From IMG/VR virus record IMGVR_UViG_3300043407_000092, positions 1 to 60,477 of that record: a DNA stretch of 60,477 bases; one strand, written 5' to 3'. The notes beneath the pieces were generated by a model. The model ran no database searches. It was not told where the DNA came from and saw only the letters and a list, made by a program, of their open reading frames with translations. The translations under genes were made by a program, and so were the position numbers. This stretch comes from a virus (taxonomy: Duplodnaviria > Caudoviricetes). Within the stretch, counting starts at the first letter, position 1, and each line of letters opens with the position of its first letter. Shown one piece after another: positions 27,435 through 36,455 of the stretch.

Positions 27435-29522
27435 TTAAATTCCATTGGGTCGGGGCGAGATCATATTGCTTTCACGACCCCCGACTTGACTGCCGTCAGG
27501 GAGCATATTTTTTGGAGCAGCACCTTGGGTCATACCGGTTGCAGTTCCTGCATTTTGCATCTCACCCATAATCATAGTTAGCTGTTCTTGCAATTGCGCA
27601 ATCTGTTGCTGTTGTTGTTCAACCACCGATAACTGTTTACGGCTAGGAACAATTCTATCTACGTTACCGCTAAGATTTTTAGCTTGATCGCGCAATAGTT
27701 CGGCAGTGCCGTCCATACCAACAATCTGTTGAGCCACGGGGCTATTCAAAACCACTTGCAAGAATTCATTGCGGCGTACAGCTTCAGCCTCTTTAATTAC
27801 AAGGCTAGACGCGCCGGTAGCAACAATGTTTACGTCGCCAATCAAATCGGGATCATCGCTGTAGCGTAGATTGTCTTGGTACAAACGCTCGATGGCTGGC
27901 GTAATAACGTTTTTATCAATGTTGCTGATAACTTGCTTAATACCTTTGCCGGCATTAGAAATTAACATTGACAAGCCAGATGATGTGCGGCCAGCGCCCG
28001 GTGTGTTTTCACCAGTCATGTAACGCGGAATCATCGTGTCTTCGTCAGCGCGAGCAGAGAATTTTTCAAACACGGCCATCAGCTCATTGGCGTTGCTACC
28101 GGGCTGAAAAAAGCTAATAGGGGGCGAGTTATCACCGTAGTCAGAAGCTTGGAATTGCCAAATCTTCCATGGGTGCATGTCGGTAATATCTTCGCCGGGT
28201 GGCAGACGTGAAATGTTCACACCAACTTGCGGGCCCGAAGAAATACCCATGTTATTTGCCAGCGAACGCGCAGAAGCATTAACCATAGCTTGGGAGTCGC
28301 GGCACAAATCAGTTACGCCTTTACCGTCAACGGAGCCGGGAAGATTCTCATAGCTTGTGAGGTAGTAGGGTTTGCGACCCAACGGGTCGTAGTTTAGCAC
28401 TGCACGAATCACAACGCTACCGATCAACCAAACTTCGCAAGGATAATTCAAAGCAGGATCAGGAATTTCTTTTTCTGTTAAGCCCCACTCAATGAGTAAG
28501 CTACCTTTCACAGAGTCCCACAACTGAATAGCGTCAATCAAATCGCCGGAGATAATCGATTCGGTAACGTACTTACCTTCGGCTTGTGCTTTTGATGCGT
28601 CAGTCCACAGCCACTCTTTCATACCCGATGTAGAAAAGTCATTCAGCACCGTGCGTATAGCATCGTTGTTATATCCGGGCACATCAATTAGCGCTTGCAG
28701 ATCATCCGCTGTCATGCGGTGACGCTCAATGACATAACCGTCGCCCAGCTCCCATGACCACGGAGCCCAATACAACATAAATGGATCAACACGCTCCCAC
28801 TCGTTACGAATTTCTTCAACGGGAACAAGTTTGTTGTCTTGCCACTGGAGAGTTTTTCTCCGACGTTTAATTGGGCCTTTTATTACGGCGTACGGAAACG
28901 TAACAACATCATCCAAAAATTCGTTAAACGCTTTGTGCCAGCCGCCTTCTTGCAGCTGATCTTCCATCTTGCGTTCCATGCGCGCAATGCGTTGCGCAGA
29001 TTCTTCCCGCATCTCACGATCAGCCTCGTCTTTCATTGTCGCCGCCATTGTGCGGAGTTCGGACTCTGTGGGTTGTTGCCCGCCTTGCTGCATGTGCACC
29101 ATTAACTCGTTAGCAAGCCTAGCTTGTAACTCTTGTAAAATTTCCGGAGGCATTGTGGGGTTTGGTGTGCCCGTAATTGCCCATGGCTTATCCATGCCCG
29201 TACCCAACAACGTATCCCGCAGCCAGCTAGTTGCAGCGCGGCACTTAACCGATGTCAAGTTAATGTAAATGCTAGAGCCGCCCTGCTCTTTTAACTCTTG
29301 CAATTTATCCGGATCGTACTCGCCGTTACGTTGGCGCTGGCACTGCAGCATGCGATCCTCGAGGTCTCGCTTAGCTGTGCGTGCGCTATCCCAACGAGTG
29401 CGGACGTGCGCAGCCAAACCCTGAATAACGGGTGTGTTCTGCATAGCATCGCTACGCTTTTTTGATTCCGCCTCAAGGTCACTTGCGCGGGCAACTGGGA
29501 TGAGAGCAATACCTGTAGCCAT
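27435..29522 (-). CDS. Portal protein
   Basis: 695 aa directly after TerL; P22-like portal features (NLTSVKCRAA, RTSSGLSML, KQVISNID). Confidence 0.88.
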   Translation of the reverse strand: MATGIALIPVARASDLEAESKKRSDAMQNTPVIQGLAAHVRTRWDSARTAKRDLEDRMLQCQRQRNGEYDPDKLQELKEQGGSSIYINLTSVKCRAATSWLRDTLLGTGMDKPWAITGTPNPTMPPEILQELQARLANELMVHMQQGGQQPTESELRTMAATMKDEADREMREESAQRIARMERKMEDQLQEGGWHKAFNEFLDDVVTFPYAVIKGPIKRRRKTLQWQDNKLVPVEEIRNEWERVDPFMLYWAPWSWELGDGYVIERHRMTADDLQALIDVPGYNNDAIRTVLNDFSTSGMKEWLWTDASKAQAEGKYVTESIISGDLIDAIQLWDSVKGSLLIEWGLTEKEIPDPALNYPCEVWLIGSVVIRAVLNYDPLGRKPYYLTSYENLPGSVDGKGVTDLCRDSQAMVNASARSLANNMGISSGPQVGVNISRLPPGEDITDMHPWKIWQFQASDYGDNSPPISFFQPGSNANELMAVFEKFSARADEDTMIPRYMTGENTPGAGRTSSGLSMLISNAGKGIKQVISNIDKNVITPAIERLYQDNLRYSDDPDLIGDVNIVATGASSLVIKEAEAVRRNEFLQVVLNSPVAQQIVGMDGTAELLRDQAKNLSGNVDRIVPSRKQLSVVEQQQQQIAQLQEQLTMIMGEMQNAGTATGMTQGAAPKNMLPDGSQVGGRESNMISPRPNGI

Positions 29523-29546
29523 CAGTCGTCCTTAAATAGTTACCGC

Positions 29547-29574
29547 ATTGTACGCCGCCGTGTCAAGTGGTCAA
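29547..29574 (-). promoter_or_regulatory. Sigma70-like promoter TTGACC-N16-TACAAT upstream of the portal gene
   Basis: Read on the minus strand; an AAGGA SD follows. Confidence 0.55.
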
Positions 29575-31043
29575 GTGTACGCATACTTAACTTTTCTAAT
29601 TTCTTTTTTACCAGAGGCCATATTTGCCCCCCGCAAATTCATGTCCATCACCGAGTCGGCGTACTGGTTTGCGTCGTGAACGTGCGAGAACTCGTTTTTG
29701 TCTGGCTTGTCTTCCATTTCCCCGTTTTTCTTAATTTTGTACCGATACCCATATCGAAATCCCTTAATTAACGAGGTGCATGCTGGGTCTATCAAATACA
29801 GTGCTTTGCCCTCAAGCTGCTGCATGAGTAGGCGCTCGACGGCCTGAATTCGTAGCTCCGGCTTGTTTGTGGGTGGTTTGACGCATTTAAATCCTGCCTC
29901 TTTCAGCACATCGACTAGCGACATTTCGTTTTGCTGTTGCTTGGCATACCCGGCTGGGTCAGGCGCAACAAGAAACGTACACCCTTGCAGGTGGTTAGCA
30001 ATGTATGGATTCAGTTTAGTTCGGACAAACGTCTCAATGCCCATGTTCTCCGAGACCAGCTCGCCTAGCGTGACAATACGCCCGCGAGGATCACGCTGCT
30101 TAAACACGGCTGCGGGTGTCCGCCCAAAGTCAAGCCCAATAATGATAGGGTAATCCCCACCCCTGATAGGCTTAATTGAATCTTTTGCTACGTGGAAATC
30201 AGCAGTGAACGTTTTCTCGTAGACCGGGGTTCCGGATAACGACCTACCATACTCAGACCTAAGGTAAACCCTAAGCCAGTCTTCCGTTTTACCAGGAATC
30301 AAGTTGGGGTAGTACTGTTTGGGGAGGTGGGTGTAGTTGTCGCACTCTGGATTAACACACCATTCTTGGCCGTCTTTGTCCAGCAAAACTTCCTCGGGCT
30401 CTTCGCTGAAACGCTCTGTGTATGCAAGGGGTTTGAGAATCGCTGCCGGCTGTTTGTAGATAGACCAGTTGCTTGGCGGCTCTTCCATCTTGTTATGCCA
30501 CCACGTATCTTCGTCCGGCATGTTGGTATCAAACAAGGCGCATGACCGTGTGGGCCCACCGTCCTTCATTGACGGATACCGGTTCAGACGACCGAGTAGG
30601 CCATCCACAACGTCTTGGTGAAGTTCTCGAGACTCATTTCCCCAGATGAACGTTGTCTCCAAAGACAGCGCTTTTCGTACGTCATCCGGTGTATCTAGCG
30701 CAATGAATAGCCACTCCGATTCGACCGTGGTGCCGTCGGCTAATTTAGCCATGAGGATAAAGGTTTTCTCAACGGCCTTCCAAATTCCGGCTTCCCCGGG
30801 CGGTAGCCAGTCAAAGACTGTTTTACGTGTTGTAAGCGCCAGCTGATCCGCTGTGTTACGAACAATAACCGCCCGGGTCTTCCTGATGTTTTTCGCATTT
30901 GGGGCCTGCCCCATCGCTAGGCGTACAAGCTCATGTACACACGTCACGGATTTACCGCCACCTACCGGCCCCGCCAAAACTCGAACGTAGTTTTCGTCCA
31001 GCATAAACTCACGCTGCGTCGCCGTCGGTTTGTAAACGCTCAT
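29571..31043 (-). CDS. terL: Terminase large subunit
   Basis: Walker A GPVGGGKS, coupling motif DTN, RNase H-like GLDFGRTPA and HVHDANQY. Confidence 0.93.
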   Translation of the reverse strand: MSVYKPTATQREFMLDENYVRVLAGPVGGGKSVTCVHELVRLAMGQAPNAKNIRKTRAVIVRNTADQLALTTRKTVFDWLPPGEAGIWKAVEKTFILMAKLADGTTVESEWLFIALDTPDDVRKALSLETTFIWGNESRELHQDVVDGLLGRLNRYPSMKDGGPTRSCALFDTNMPDEDTWWHNKMEEPPSNWSIYKQPAAILKPLAYTERFSEEPEEVLLDKDGQEWCVNPECDNYTHLPKQYYPNLIPGKTEDWLRVYLRSEYGRSLSGTPVYEKTFTADFHVAKDSIKPIRGGDYPIIIGLDFGRTPAAVFKQRDPRGRIVTLGELVSENMGIETFVRTKLNPYIANHLQGCTFLVAPDPAGYAKQQQNEMSLVDVLKEAGFKCVKPPTNKPELRIQAVERLLMQQLEGKALYLIDPACTSLIKGFRYGYRYKIKKNGEMEDKPDKNEFSHVHDANQYADSVMDMNLRGANMASGKKEIRKVKYAYT

Positions 31044-31552
31044 TTAACTTCCTTGGTTTCTACGTCCAATGTAACAGGTTGCATCACTGGCTGGTTGCTC
31101 AAGCTCATGGTCTGCCCACCACCCAAATCAATAGACAACACAAACGATGGGCCGGTATTCTGCACCTTTTCTTCTTTGGGCTCCAGTCCACCAGCCTTAA
31201 TGAGCGTTTTTAGAACTTCATGTTTCTGCCCAAGGGACGCTTCTTGGCTTGCCGCACTTAGGTACACCTGATCTAGCAGGTCTGCCGCCATCCAAGTGGC
31301 TTTTGCCTTAAAAGTAACGCCATTTTTCTCAAACTCTGAGCGTTTCATGGCTATTTGTAGCTGAAACCACTTCTGAGAAGCCAGACTTTCGTACTGTTCG
31401 ATGCTAAAACCGTGGCGAGAGGCCACTATGAGCTCATCTTCCATGCCAAGAGCTATGGATGCCACCATTTCATCACTGATTGTGGGGAAAGAAACCGATT
31501 TTTGGCCAAATTCTAGGGGTTGGTCGTTGATTTCGGGGTCAAGCTGTGACAT
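31040..31552 (-). CDS. Terminase small subunit (putative)
   Basis: 170-aa helical ORF overlapping the start of terL. Confidence 0.65.
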   Translation of the reverse strand: MSQLDPEINDQPLEFGQKSVSFPTISDEMVASIALGMEDELIVASRHGFSIEQYESLASQKWFQLQIAMKRSEFEKNGVTFKAKATWMAADLLDQVYLSAASQEASLGQKHEVLKTLIKAGGLEPKEEKVQNTGPSFVLSIDLGGGQTMSLSNQPVMQPVTLDVETKEVK

Positions 31553-31724
31553 TTTGCGCCTCCGCCAGTGCTTTTTCGTGCTTTTCTACTGCCTGATGGT
31601 ACTTTTCTACGGCAATTCTGACTACATCTGCCGACGAAACACCCCGTTTTTTAGCTAATTTTTGTGTTTTTTCTAACAAATCGACGGGTAAAAACAGGTT
31701 CCAACGCTTCATTTCTGTGCTCAT
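31539..31724 (-). CDS. Ribbon-helix-helix (CopG/Arc-like) regulator
   Basis: MKRWNLFLP (beta ribbon)..LAKKRGVSSADVVRIAVEKY; AGGAG SD. Confidence 0.8.
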   Translation of the reverse strand: MSTEMKRWNLFLPVDLLEKTQKLAKKRGVSSADVVRIAVEKYHQAVEKHEKALAEAQNVTA

Positions 31725-31738
31725 TTGGGGCTCCTAAG

Positions 31739-31786
31739 GTGTGTATACGCACAGTATATCCTATTTTTTCTGGTATGTATACATAC
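31739..31786. promoter_or_regulatory. Two 14-bp palindromic operator-like sites GTRTGTATACAYAC flanking a TATACT -10-like box
   Basis: gtgtgtatacgcac at 31739-31752 and perfect gtatgtatacatac at 31773-31786, immediately upstream of the RHH gene. Confidence 0.65.
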
Positions 31787-31837
31787 AACGTGTGTATGTG
31801 CTTTATTTTTTGGCCCGCTACAAGAGCTAGACGTAAG

Positions 31838-31932
31838 CTGGCGGCGGGCGGGGTGGGGGCGGTGGGGGTCCTGTGGGGGGTGGTAGCGGTTAGACCTTAG
31901 GTGTAGGGATGGTCAGAGTAGCGGTCAGACCT
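31838..31932 (+). other. G-tract cluster plus 15-bp direct repeat at the divergence point
   Basis: Several GGG-GGGGGG runs; gtagcggtYagacct at 31883-31897 and 31918-31932. Confidence 0.6.
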
Positions 31933-31939
31933 ACATTGG

Positions 31940-32290
31940 AAGGACTCGCATCCTGTGTGCAATAACGCAAACAGCGAGGTACTGGGTAGGTGTAATCTCA
32001 CAAGCCGTAAGGTCGAGGGGTGTAGCTGAAGGTACGTGGATAGTCACACGCCAACGAGTAATGTCGGGCTGGGTGTCATGCCATAACCGCCACAGGCGGA
32101 GTAAATGTAGGGGTTTTCCCTACGCCAAAGGGTTCAGTCCCAAGGTGCATAACGGGGTGTTTTGAGGTGTCCCCGTCAAAAGGCATTGTCTTTTGATAAT
32201 CACTGAGCGCCAACAGTCGGGGGCGCTAATACCCGAAAGCCCCCCAAGGGGCTTGAATGTGGGTTCACTCTGAGTCCACATCAAAGCTCA
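31940..32290 (+). ncRNA. Candidate structured RNA / hairpin-rich 5' leader of the first early gene
   Basis: ORF-free region with at least 7 adjacent stem-loops, several containing G-U pairs on the plus strand. Confidence 0.45.
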
Positions 32291-32317
32291 ATCATCCAAC
32301 ATCAAAGGAAATTTATC

Positions 32318-32830
32318 ATGGAAAAAGCACAAGTTCTCAAGAATATCGGTTCCATCGGTCGTGCGTCAGCCAAGCTGACTAAGGACATTCAAGCCACTGC
32401 TGTGGGTTGTGTGGAACACGCTGTCAAGCATGGTGATGTAACTCTCGCTGACCAACTTGTCGATGCACTCGGCAAAGGTTTGCGTAAAGCATCATTGCGT
32501 GCATGGTTTGAGAAAAACGCACCGATGTTCATTGCCAAGGGCAAGGACAAGTTCTCATTCGATCCAACTCGCAAGGGTGAATGGAATCAGGATCGTGAAG
32601 ATACGTTATTGGCTACGCCTTGGGAAGAAGCCAAACCCGAAGAAAAGATTGTCTCGATTTTCGACGTGTCCGAGTCATTCGACAAGTTCATGAAGCGTGT
32701 CGAGTCAATGTCCAAAGACGCACAGGTCACACTTCGCAATCGTGAAATGATTGACTTCCTTGTACACGCAAGTGCTACATACCACGATGCCATTGCAAGC
32801 AAGGCACGTATCGATACGCCAGCCGCCTAA
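32318..32830 (+). CDS. First early protein, function unknown
   Basis: 170 aa, AAAGGA SD. Confidence 0.85.
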   Translation: MEKAQVLKNIGSIGRASAKLTKDIQATAVGCVEHAVKHGDVTLADQLVDALGKGLRKASLRAWFEKNAPMFIAKGKDKFSFDPTRKGEWNQDREDTLLATPWEEAKPEEKIVSIFDVSESFDKFMKRVESMSKDAQVTLRNREMIDFLVHASATYHDAIASKARIDTPAA

Positions 32831-32892
32831 GGTCAGGTCGTAACCTGAAGCCCGCCAATGTGTGGGCTTTGGATTATCACTTGGAGGTAATC

Positions 32893-33147
32893 ATGAAAGT
32901 TCATCTAGTTCACTCAGGGTCGGTGTCGGCTTTACACACCACACGATCAGCACCTAAGCCAGTGGCTCTTTACACGCCCAAGCGTTCGGGTGTAATCAAT
33001 CGCACCCCTACAAAGAATCCCATGCACCGAGTGTGTGAGACATTCAAAGTGTATGGTGTCAATGCCAATCCGTTCAAAACTGGCACGACTTCAGGTCATG
33101 GAGACATTGTTTCCAGACGCAACACTTGTGTGTATACACACGCTTGA
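32893..33147 (+). CDS. Hypothetical early protein
   Basis: GGAGG SD before ATG 32893, preceded by a long hairpin. Confidence 0.6.
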   Translation: MKVHLVHSGSVSALHTTRSAPKPVALYTPKRSGVINRTPTKNPMHRVCETFKVYGVNANPFKTGTTSGHGDIVSRRNTCVYTHA

Positions 33148-33151
33148 TTGC

Positions 33152-33480
33152 AATTATCCAAGATTAAATTTGGATAATTCGTTGGATAAATAGATTTCCC
33201 ATATAAATCAATGGGTTGTCTTTGTAATTATCCAATTATCCAATTATCCAAGATTTTATAGGTACGCGTGTACTATGAAATGTTTTGTGAGACATTGTGT
33301 GTAAAGCGCACATAATCACGACACTCCAAAAACTGCCACCCCCTTTTCGGCACTTGGATAATTCGAGCAGGGTTAACCCTATACGCACGTCACAGCACAG
33401 TGTTCATGCGGGTTACGAGACATACACACGCAAATTCTAATTATCCAGCTTGGATAATTCACCCCCCATTTTGGATAATT
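33152..33480. repeat. Cluster of about 10 AATTATCCAA/TTGGATAATT repeats (iteron/operator-like; candidate origin)
   Basis: Copies at 33152, 33170, 33182, 33226, 33234, 33242, 33354, 33439, 33450 and 33471, in both orientations, in AT-rich intergenic DNA. Confidence 0.8.
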
Positions 33481-33507
33481 CAACATACACACGTAGGAGA
33501 TACGCAC

Positions 33508-33666
33508 ATGACTTCAGTTCTATACGCTATCGGGTTTACCCTAGCATTCTGCGCTTCGTTGTTCTATGGCATCAACGATGTATCCACATACGCACAACAA
33601 CTAGCACTCATAGTCTCAGGGTTCTGCCTTGGCGGTGTAGTCGTAATTCTATTGGAGGAACTATGA
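33508..33666 (+). CDS. Small two-TM membrane protein
   Basis: AGGAG SD; two hydrophobic helices. Confidence 0.65.
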   Translation: MTSVLYAIGFTLAFCASLFYGINDVSTYAQQLALIVSGFCLGGVVVILLEEL

Positions 33667-33899
33667 TCGATCCCCGCATTACTGATAGAGCCCCCTATGG
33701 CGGACACATTTTATTAGTGTGTGTAAATCACCCCGATCTAAATTGGTCAACCAAGAACATTGGTGCATCAACATCAGATGGCAGAGTTGGGCTAATGAGA
33801 TCAATCTTCTTTGCCTCAAGTGGGTGCGAATGTGATTGCCCCGCATCGTTGCTGAGATTACACCCAATGTATTCAGAGCAGGAGGCTGTCCATGAATGA
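33663..33899 (+). CDS. Hypothetical Cys/His protein
   Basis: GGAGG SD; CxxH...CxC. Confidence 0.65.
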   Translation: MIDPRITDRAPYGGHILLVCVNHPDLNWSTKNIGASTSDGRVGLMRSIFFASSGCECDCPASLLRLHPMYSEQEAVHE

Positions 33900-34116
33900 C
33901 TGGAAAGAATGTATCGATTGTGGCGATGACGTAGCAGTCCAAAGACACCAAGCATTCTGTGTCCACTGCGAACGTGCCCGAGAACGTAGCGCACAAGTCG
34001 TTAGATCATCATGGTGTGTCGTACAAGAGTATGGTAAGGGTAACTACCAACTGGTTACACCCGAAAGCGCCATGACCACATTGAAGCAGACAAATCAGAA
34101 AGAACTACGCACATGA
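33892..34116 (+). CDS. C4 zinc-finger protein (DksA/TraR-finger-like)
   Basis: CIDCGDDVAVQR....CVHC; AGGAGG SD. Confidence 0.6.
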   Translation: MNDWKECIDCGDDVAVQRHQAFCVHCERARERSAQVVRSSWCVVQEYGKGNYQLVTPESAMTTLKQTNQKELRT

Positions 34117-34233
34117 GCGGGTTACTTCAAGATGAAGCTGAAGGCTATGAATGCCAACGGCTGAGTAAATGGTTTGCGAGCAGGATAGATGCTCGCGTTG
34201 TTGTTCGTAAATATCACGAAAGGACACAAACAA

Positions 34234-34470
34234 ATGACCCGCTCAAGGATCAAAGTAGACGGCAAGTTCTACAAAGTCATGCCTTGGATAAATCACCAAG
34301 AATGTGACGGCTGTCACTTTTGGCAAAACGAACAACACATTCCTGAATGCCCCAATCAAACAAGAAAAGAAGAATTCTGCGATGAAGGCGGAGAGTTCTA
34401 TGGGTATGTGTTTGTAGAAACTGGCAAAGAAGGCTTGGCTAAGTACATAGCCGCAAAACTGGAGGGCTAG
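34234..34470 (+). CDS. Hypothetical Cys-containing early protein
   Basis: AAAGGA SD before ATG 34234; CDGC..C..C. Confidence 0.65.
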   Translation: MTRSRIKVDGKFYKVMPWINHQECDGCHFWQNEQHIPECPNQTRKEEFCDEGGEFYGYVFVETGKEGLAKYIAAKLEG

Positions 34471-34472
34471 CA

Positions 34473-34736
34473 ATGACCTATCGTCATCAGATACACCTAC
34501 ACCACATAGTAGATGAGTACAAAGCTGAGTCAGCTACGTGGGAATACGTAGAGGACACCGAACACGTAACTAGAAGCGTGATGCACTGGGTAGTAACCCT
34601 ATACAAAGCAACTTCTCCCAAGTGGGAAAGCCCATCATTTTGGAGATCAACTCACGTGATGGCGATATCCACTGGCTGTCACTTAAATACAGATGAGTAT
34701 GTCGCTCGTCTTGTCATTCAAAAACTGGAGGGCTAA
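34473..34736 (+). CDS. Hypothetical early protein
   Basis: GGAGG SD; tightly packed in the operon. Confidence 0.65.
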   Translation: MTYRHQIHLHHIVDEYKAESATWEYVEDTEHVTRSVMHWVVTLYKATSPKWESPSFWRSTHVMAISTGCHLNTDEYVARLVIQKLEG

Positions 34737-34738
34737 TC

Positions 34739-35005
34739 ATGAAAACAACTTGGAAAGAATTCAAACGCATGCATTCGTCGGACAACTTTTACGGGTGCAT
34801 TGACCCCGATGGAGACTGGTTCGACTCATCAGTTATGTACACAACAGCAGTGCATTGGTGCTGTATGAATGCGGGTGCATCGAGCGCAACTGGTAGCTGT
34901 GAATCCGAAGCCCAATGGATGAACACCGAAGGTATGCGTCTTGGCTACTCGATTGTGCACTCATCAATGCTAGAAAAGATGTACGAGAAAGGGCTACTCA
35001 AATGA
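34739..35005 (+). CDS. Hypothetical early protein
   Basis: GGAGG SD. Confidence 0.65.
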   Translation: MKTTWKEFKRMHSSDNFYGCIDPDGDWFDSSVMYTTAVHWCCMNAGASSATGSCESEAQWMNTEGMRLGYSIVHSSMLEKMYEKGLLK

Positions 35006-35178
35006 AACGATACCGCGCAACCTTGTCCGTGACATACACGCAAAACCTTGAAGCCGATGCATTGACTGAAGAAGATGCCATCGATTGGATGAAAGATGCG
35101 TTCGATCCAACACGTTGTTGGAATACAGCAGATGTTAGCGTATACGATATTGTGGAGGTATCCCATGAAAGTACGTGA
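35002..35178 (+). CDS. Small hypothetical protein (MKRYRATLSVTYTQNLEAD...)
   Basis: ATGA overlap with the upstream gene. Confidence 0.6.
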   Translation: MKRYRATLSVTYTQNLEADALTEEDAIDWMKDAFDPTRCWNTADVSVYDIVEVSHEST

Positions 35179-35407
35179 CATACGCAAACGTGCCAAAAGC
35201 AAATACGTAGTTGACAGTGGGTTTAAGTTTCTAAGAGACAGTCAAACCAAACGATGCAAATCCTACGTAGCAGGGTGCGTTACCTGCGACACATGGCGGT
35301 TCTACGATAAAAACGGCAGGTTCTGCCGTAACTACGAGGAACTGTGTAAGTTTATGGAATGGACAGAACAGGAGGCATCATGTTCACATGGAACTATCGC
35401 ATCGTAA
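35165..35407 (+). CDS. Hypothetical basic Cys-containing protein
   Basis: GGAGG SD before ATG 35165. Confidence 0.6.
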   Translation: MKVRDIRKRAKSKYVVDSGFKFLRDSQTKRCKSYVAGCVTCDTWRFYDKNGRFCRNYEELCKFMEWTEQEASCSHGTIAS

Positions 35408-35598
35408 ATACTAAGTCAGAAAATGCAGGTGAAGATTGGTACTGCTTGCAAGAGGTTTGCTATAACAAGAAGGGTAAGCCCACTGGCTATGGCAGACCAT
35501 GCACAGGCTCAGAAGATATGAAGTCTTTGAAGTCTGTGTTCAAGATGATGAACGAAGCCATGAAGCTACCGCCATTACAAGAGGAGGACTTCAAATGA
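35380..35598 (+). CDS. Hypothetical protein (WNYRIV family)
   Basis: AGGAGG SD; TWNYRIV...EVCYN..GKP pattern common in phages. Confidence 0.7.
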   Translation: MFTWNYRIVNTKSENAGEDWYCLQEVCYNKKGKPTGYGRPCTGSEDMKSLKSVFKMMNEAMKLPPLQEEDFK

Positions 35599-35792
35599 AA
35601 TACAACCGAAGCGTATTCAATGCATGGCTCTACATTGTAGAGGCGTATATCTATGACTACAAAAATGCAAGGAAAGATAAAGCCTTTCAAACCTTTATCG
35701 GCAACTTGGGGTACTACTACCCCGATGAATGGGAAAAAGTTGCAGGGATACTAGAGAAGCAAGCTAAGAAAGCAAGAAAGGGCAAGCGATGA
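35595..35792 (+). CDS. Hypothetical protein
   Basis: GAGGAGG SD; ATGA overlap. Confidence 0.6.
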   Translation: MKYNRSVFNAWLYIVEAYIYDYKNARKDKAFQTFIGNLGYYYPDEWEKVAGILEKQAKKARKGKR

Positions 35793-35875
35793 CTAAATGG
35801 GAAAAGACAGAGCGCATTGTGTTCCTTGTAGGAATCATCATCGTCATGCTAGACGTACTTGTATGGAGGCCGTGA
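35789..35875 (+). CDS. 28-aa single-TM peptide (MTKWEKTERIVFLVGIIIVMLDVLVWRP)
   Basis: Start and stop overlap both neighbours; hydrophobic core. Confidence 0.6.
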   Translation: MTKWEKTERIVFLVGIIIVMLDVLVWRP

Positions 35876-36081
35876 TGACAGACCTAGAGATAGTCTTGGC
35901 AATCGCATTCGTAATCATTCTATGGATGTATCGCAGGGAAAATGCAAGGGGCGACTATTACAAAGCTACGCTTATTGCTGTAGGTCTTGGCGTAGTAAGC
36001 ATCGAAGTAGATGCGGATACACACACTTATAAACTGGAGGTATGCGATGAAATTAAACGTCACATGGAAACCAAAAGCTAA
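35875..36081 (+). CDS. Small membrane protein
   Basis: GGAGG SD; N-terminal TM helix. Confidence 0.6.
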   Translation: MTDLEIVLAIAFVIILWMYRRENARGDYYKATLIAVGLGVVSIEVDADTHTYKLEVCDEIKRHMETKS

Positions 36082-36340
36082 CAACTTTTGGCTTGGCACA
36101 TTGAACATACCATTGACAATAGCGCTCAAAACTTTCGATGGTACTTACCACGATGACGACATACGTGACATAGGTTATGTATGCAAGCTAGACGACAAGT
36201 TCGTTGTCAGGCTATACGGCTCTGTGTACAGCGGAGTACATCCAGTCGAGCAATGTCGCTTCGATACCAAAGAAGATGCAATGGACTGCGCAGAGAGTTT
36301 TGCCATTGCAGCACTCATAGCCAAGAAGCTGTCGCACTAG
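36047..36340 (+). CDS. Hypothetical protein
   Basis: GGAGG SD before ATG 36047. Confidence 0.65.
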   Translation: MKLNVTWKPKANNFWLGTLNIPLTIALKTFDGTYHDDDIRDIGYVCKLDDKFVVRLYGSVYSGVHPVEQCRFDTKEDAMDCAESFAIAALIAKKLSH

Positions 36341-36455
36341 TGACAGGGCTATACATACACACGTTCTAAAATTCACTGGCTACCCAATCGTTAATGCGTA
36401 CACGCATTGGGGCAAGCATCGAGTACGCGAAACCTTTTCAACCACAAGGAAAATC

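Noticed and set aside
32016-32145. tRNA-like fragments (ggggtgtagct...; gggttcagtccc)
   Set aside because: No cloverleaf can be built: the spacing is wrong, the T-loop is non-canonical and there is no matching acceptor stem.
33152-33480. Mini CRISPR array
   Set aside because: The repeats are only 10 bp, occur in both orientations and are irregularly spaced; no cas operon is present, and the Cas4-like gene sits in a normal replication module.
34113-34307. 64-aa ORF overlapping the 34234 gene
   Set aside because: Its start overlaps the upstream stop, so it may be real, but it has no clear SD and overlaps a better-supported gene by about 70 nt; left uncalled.
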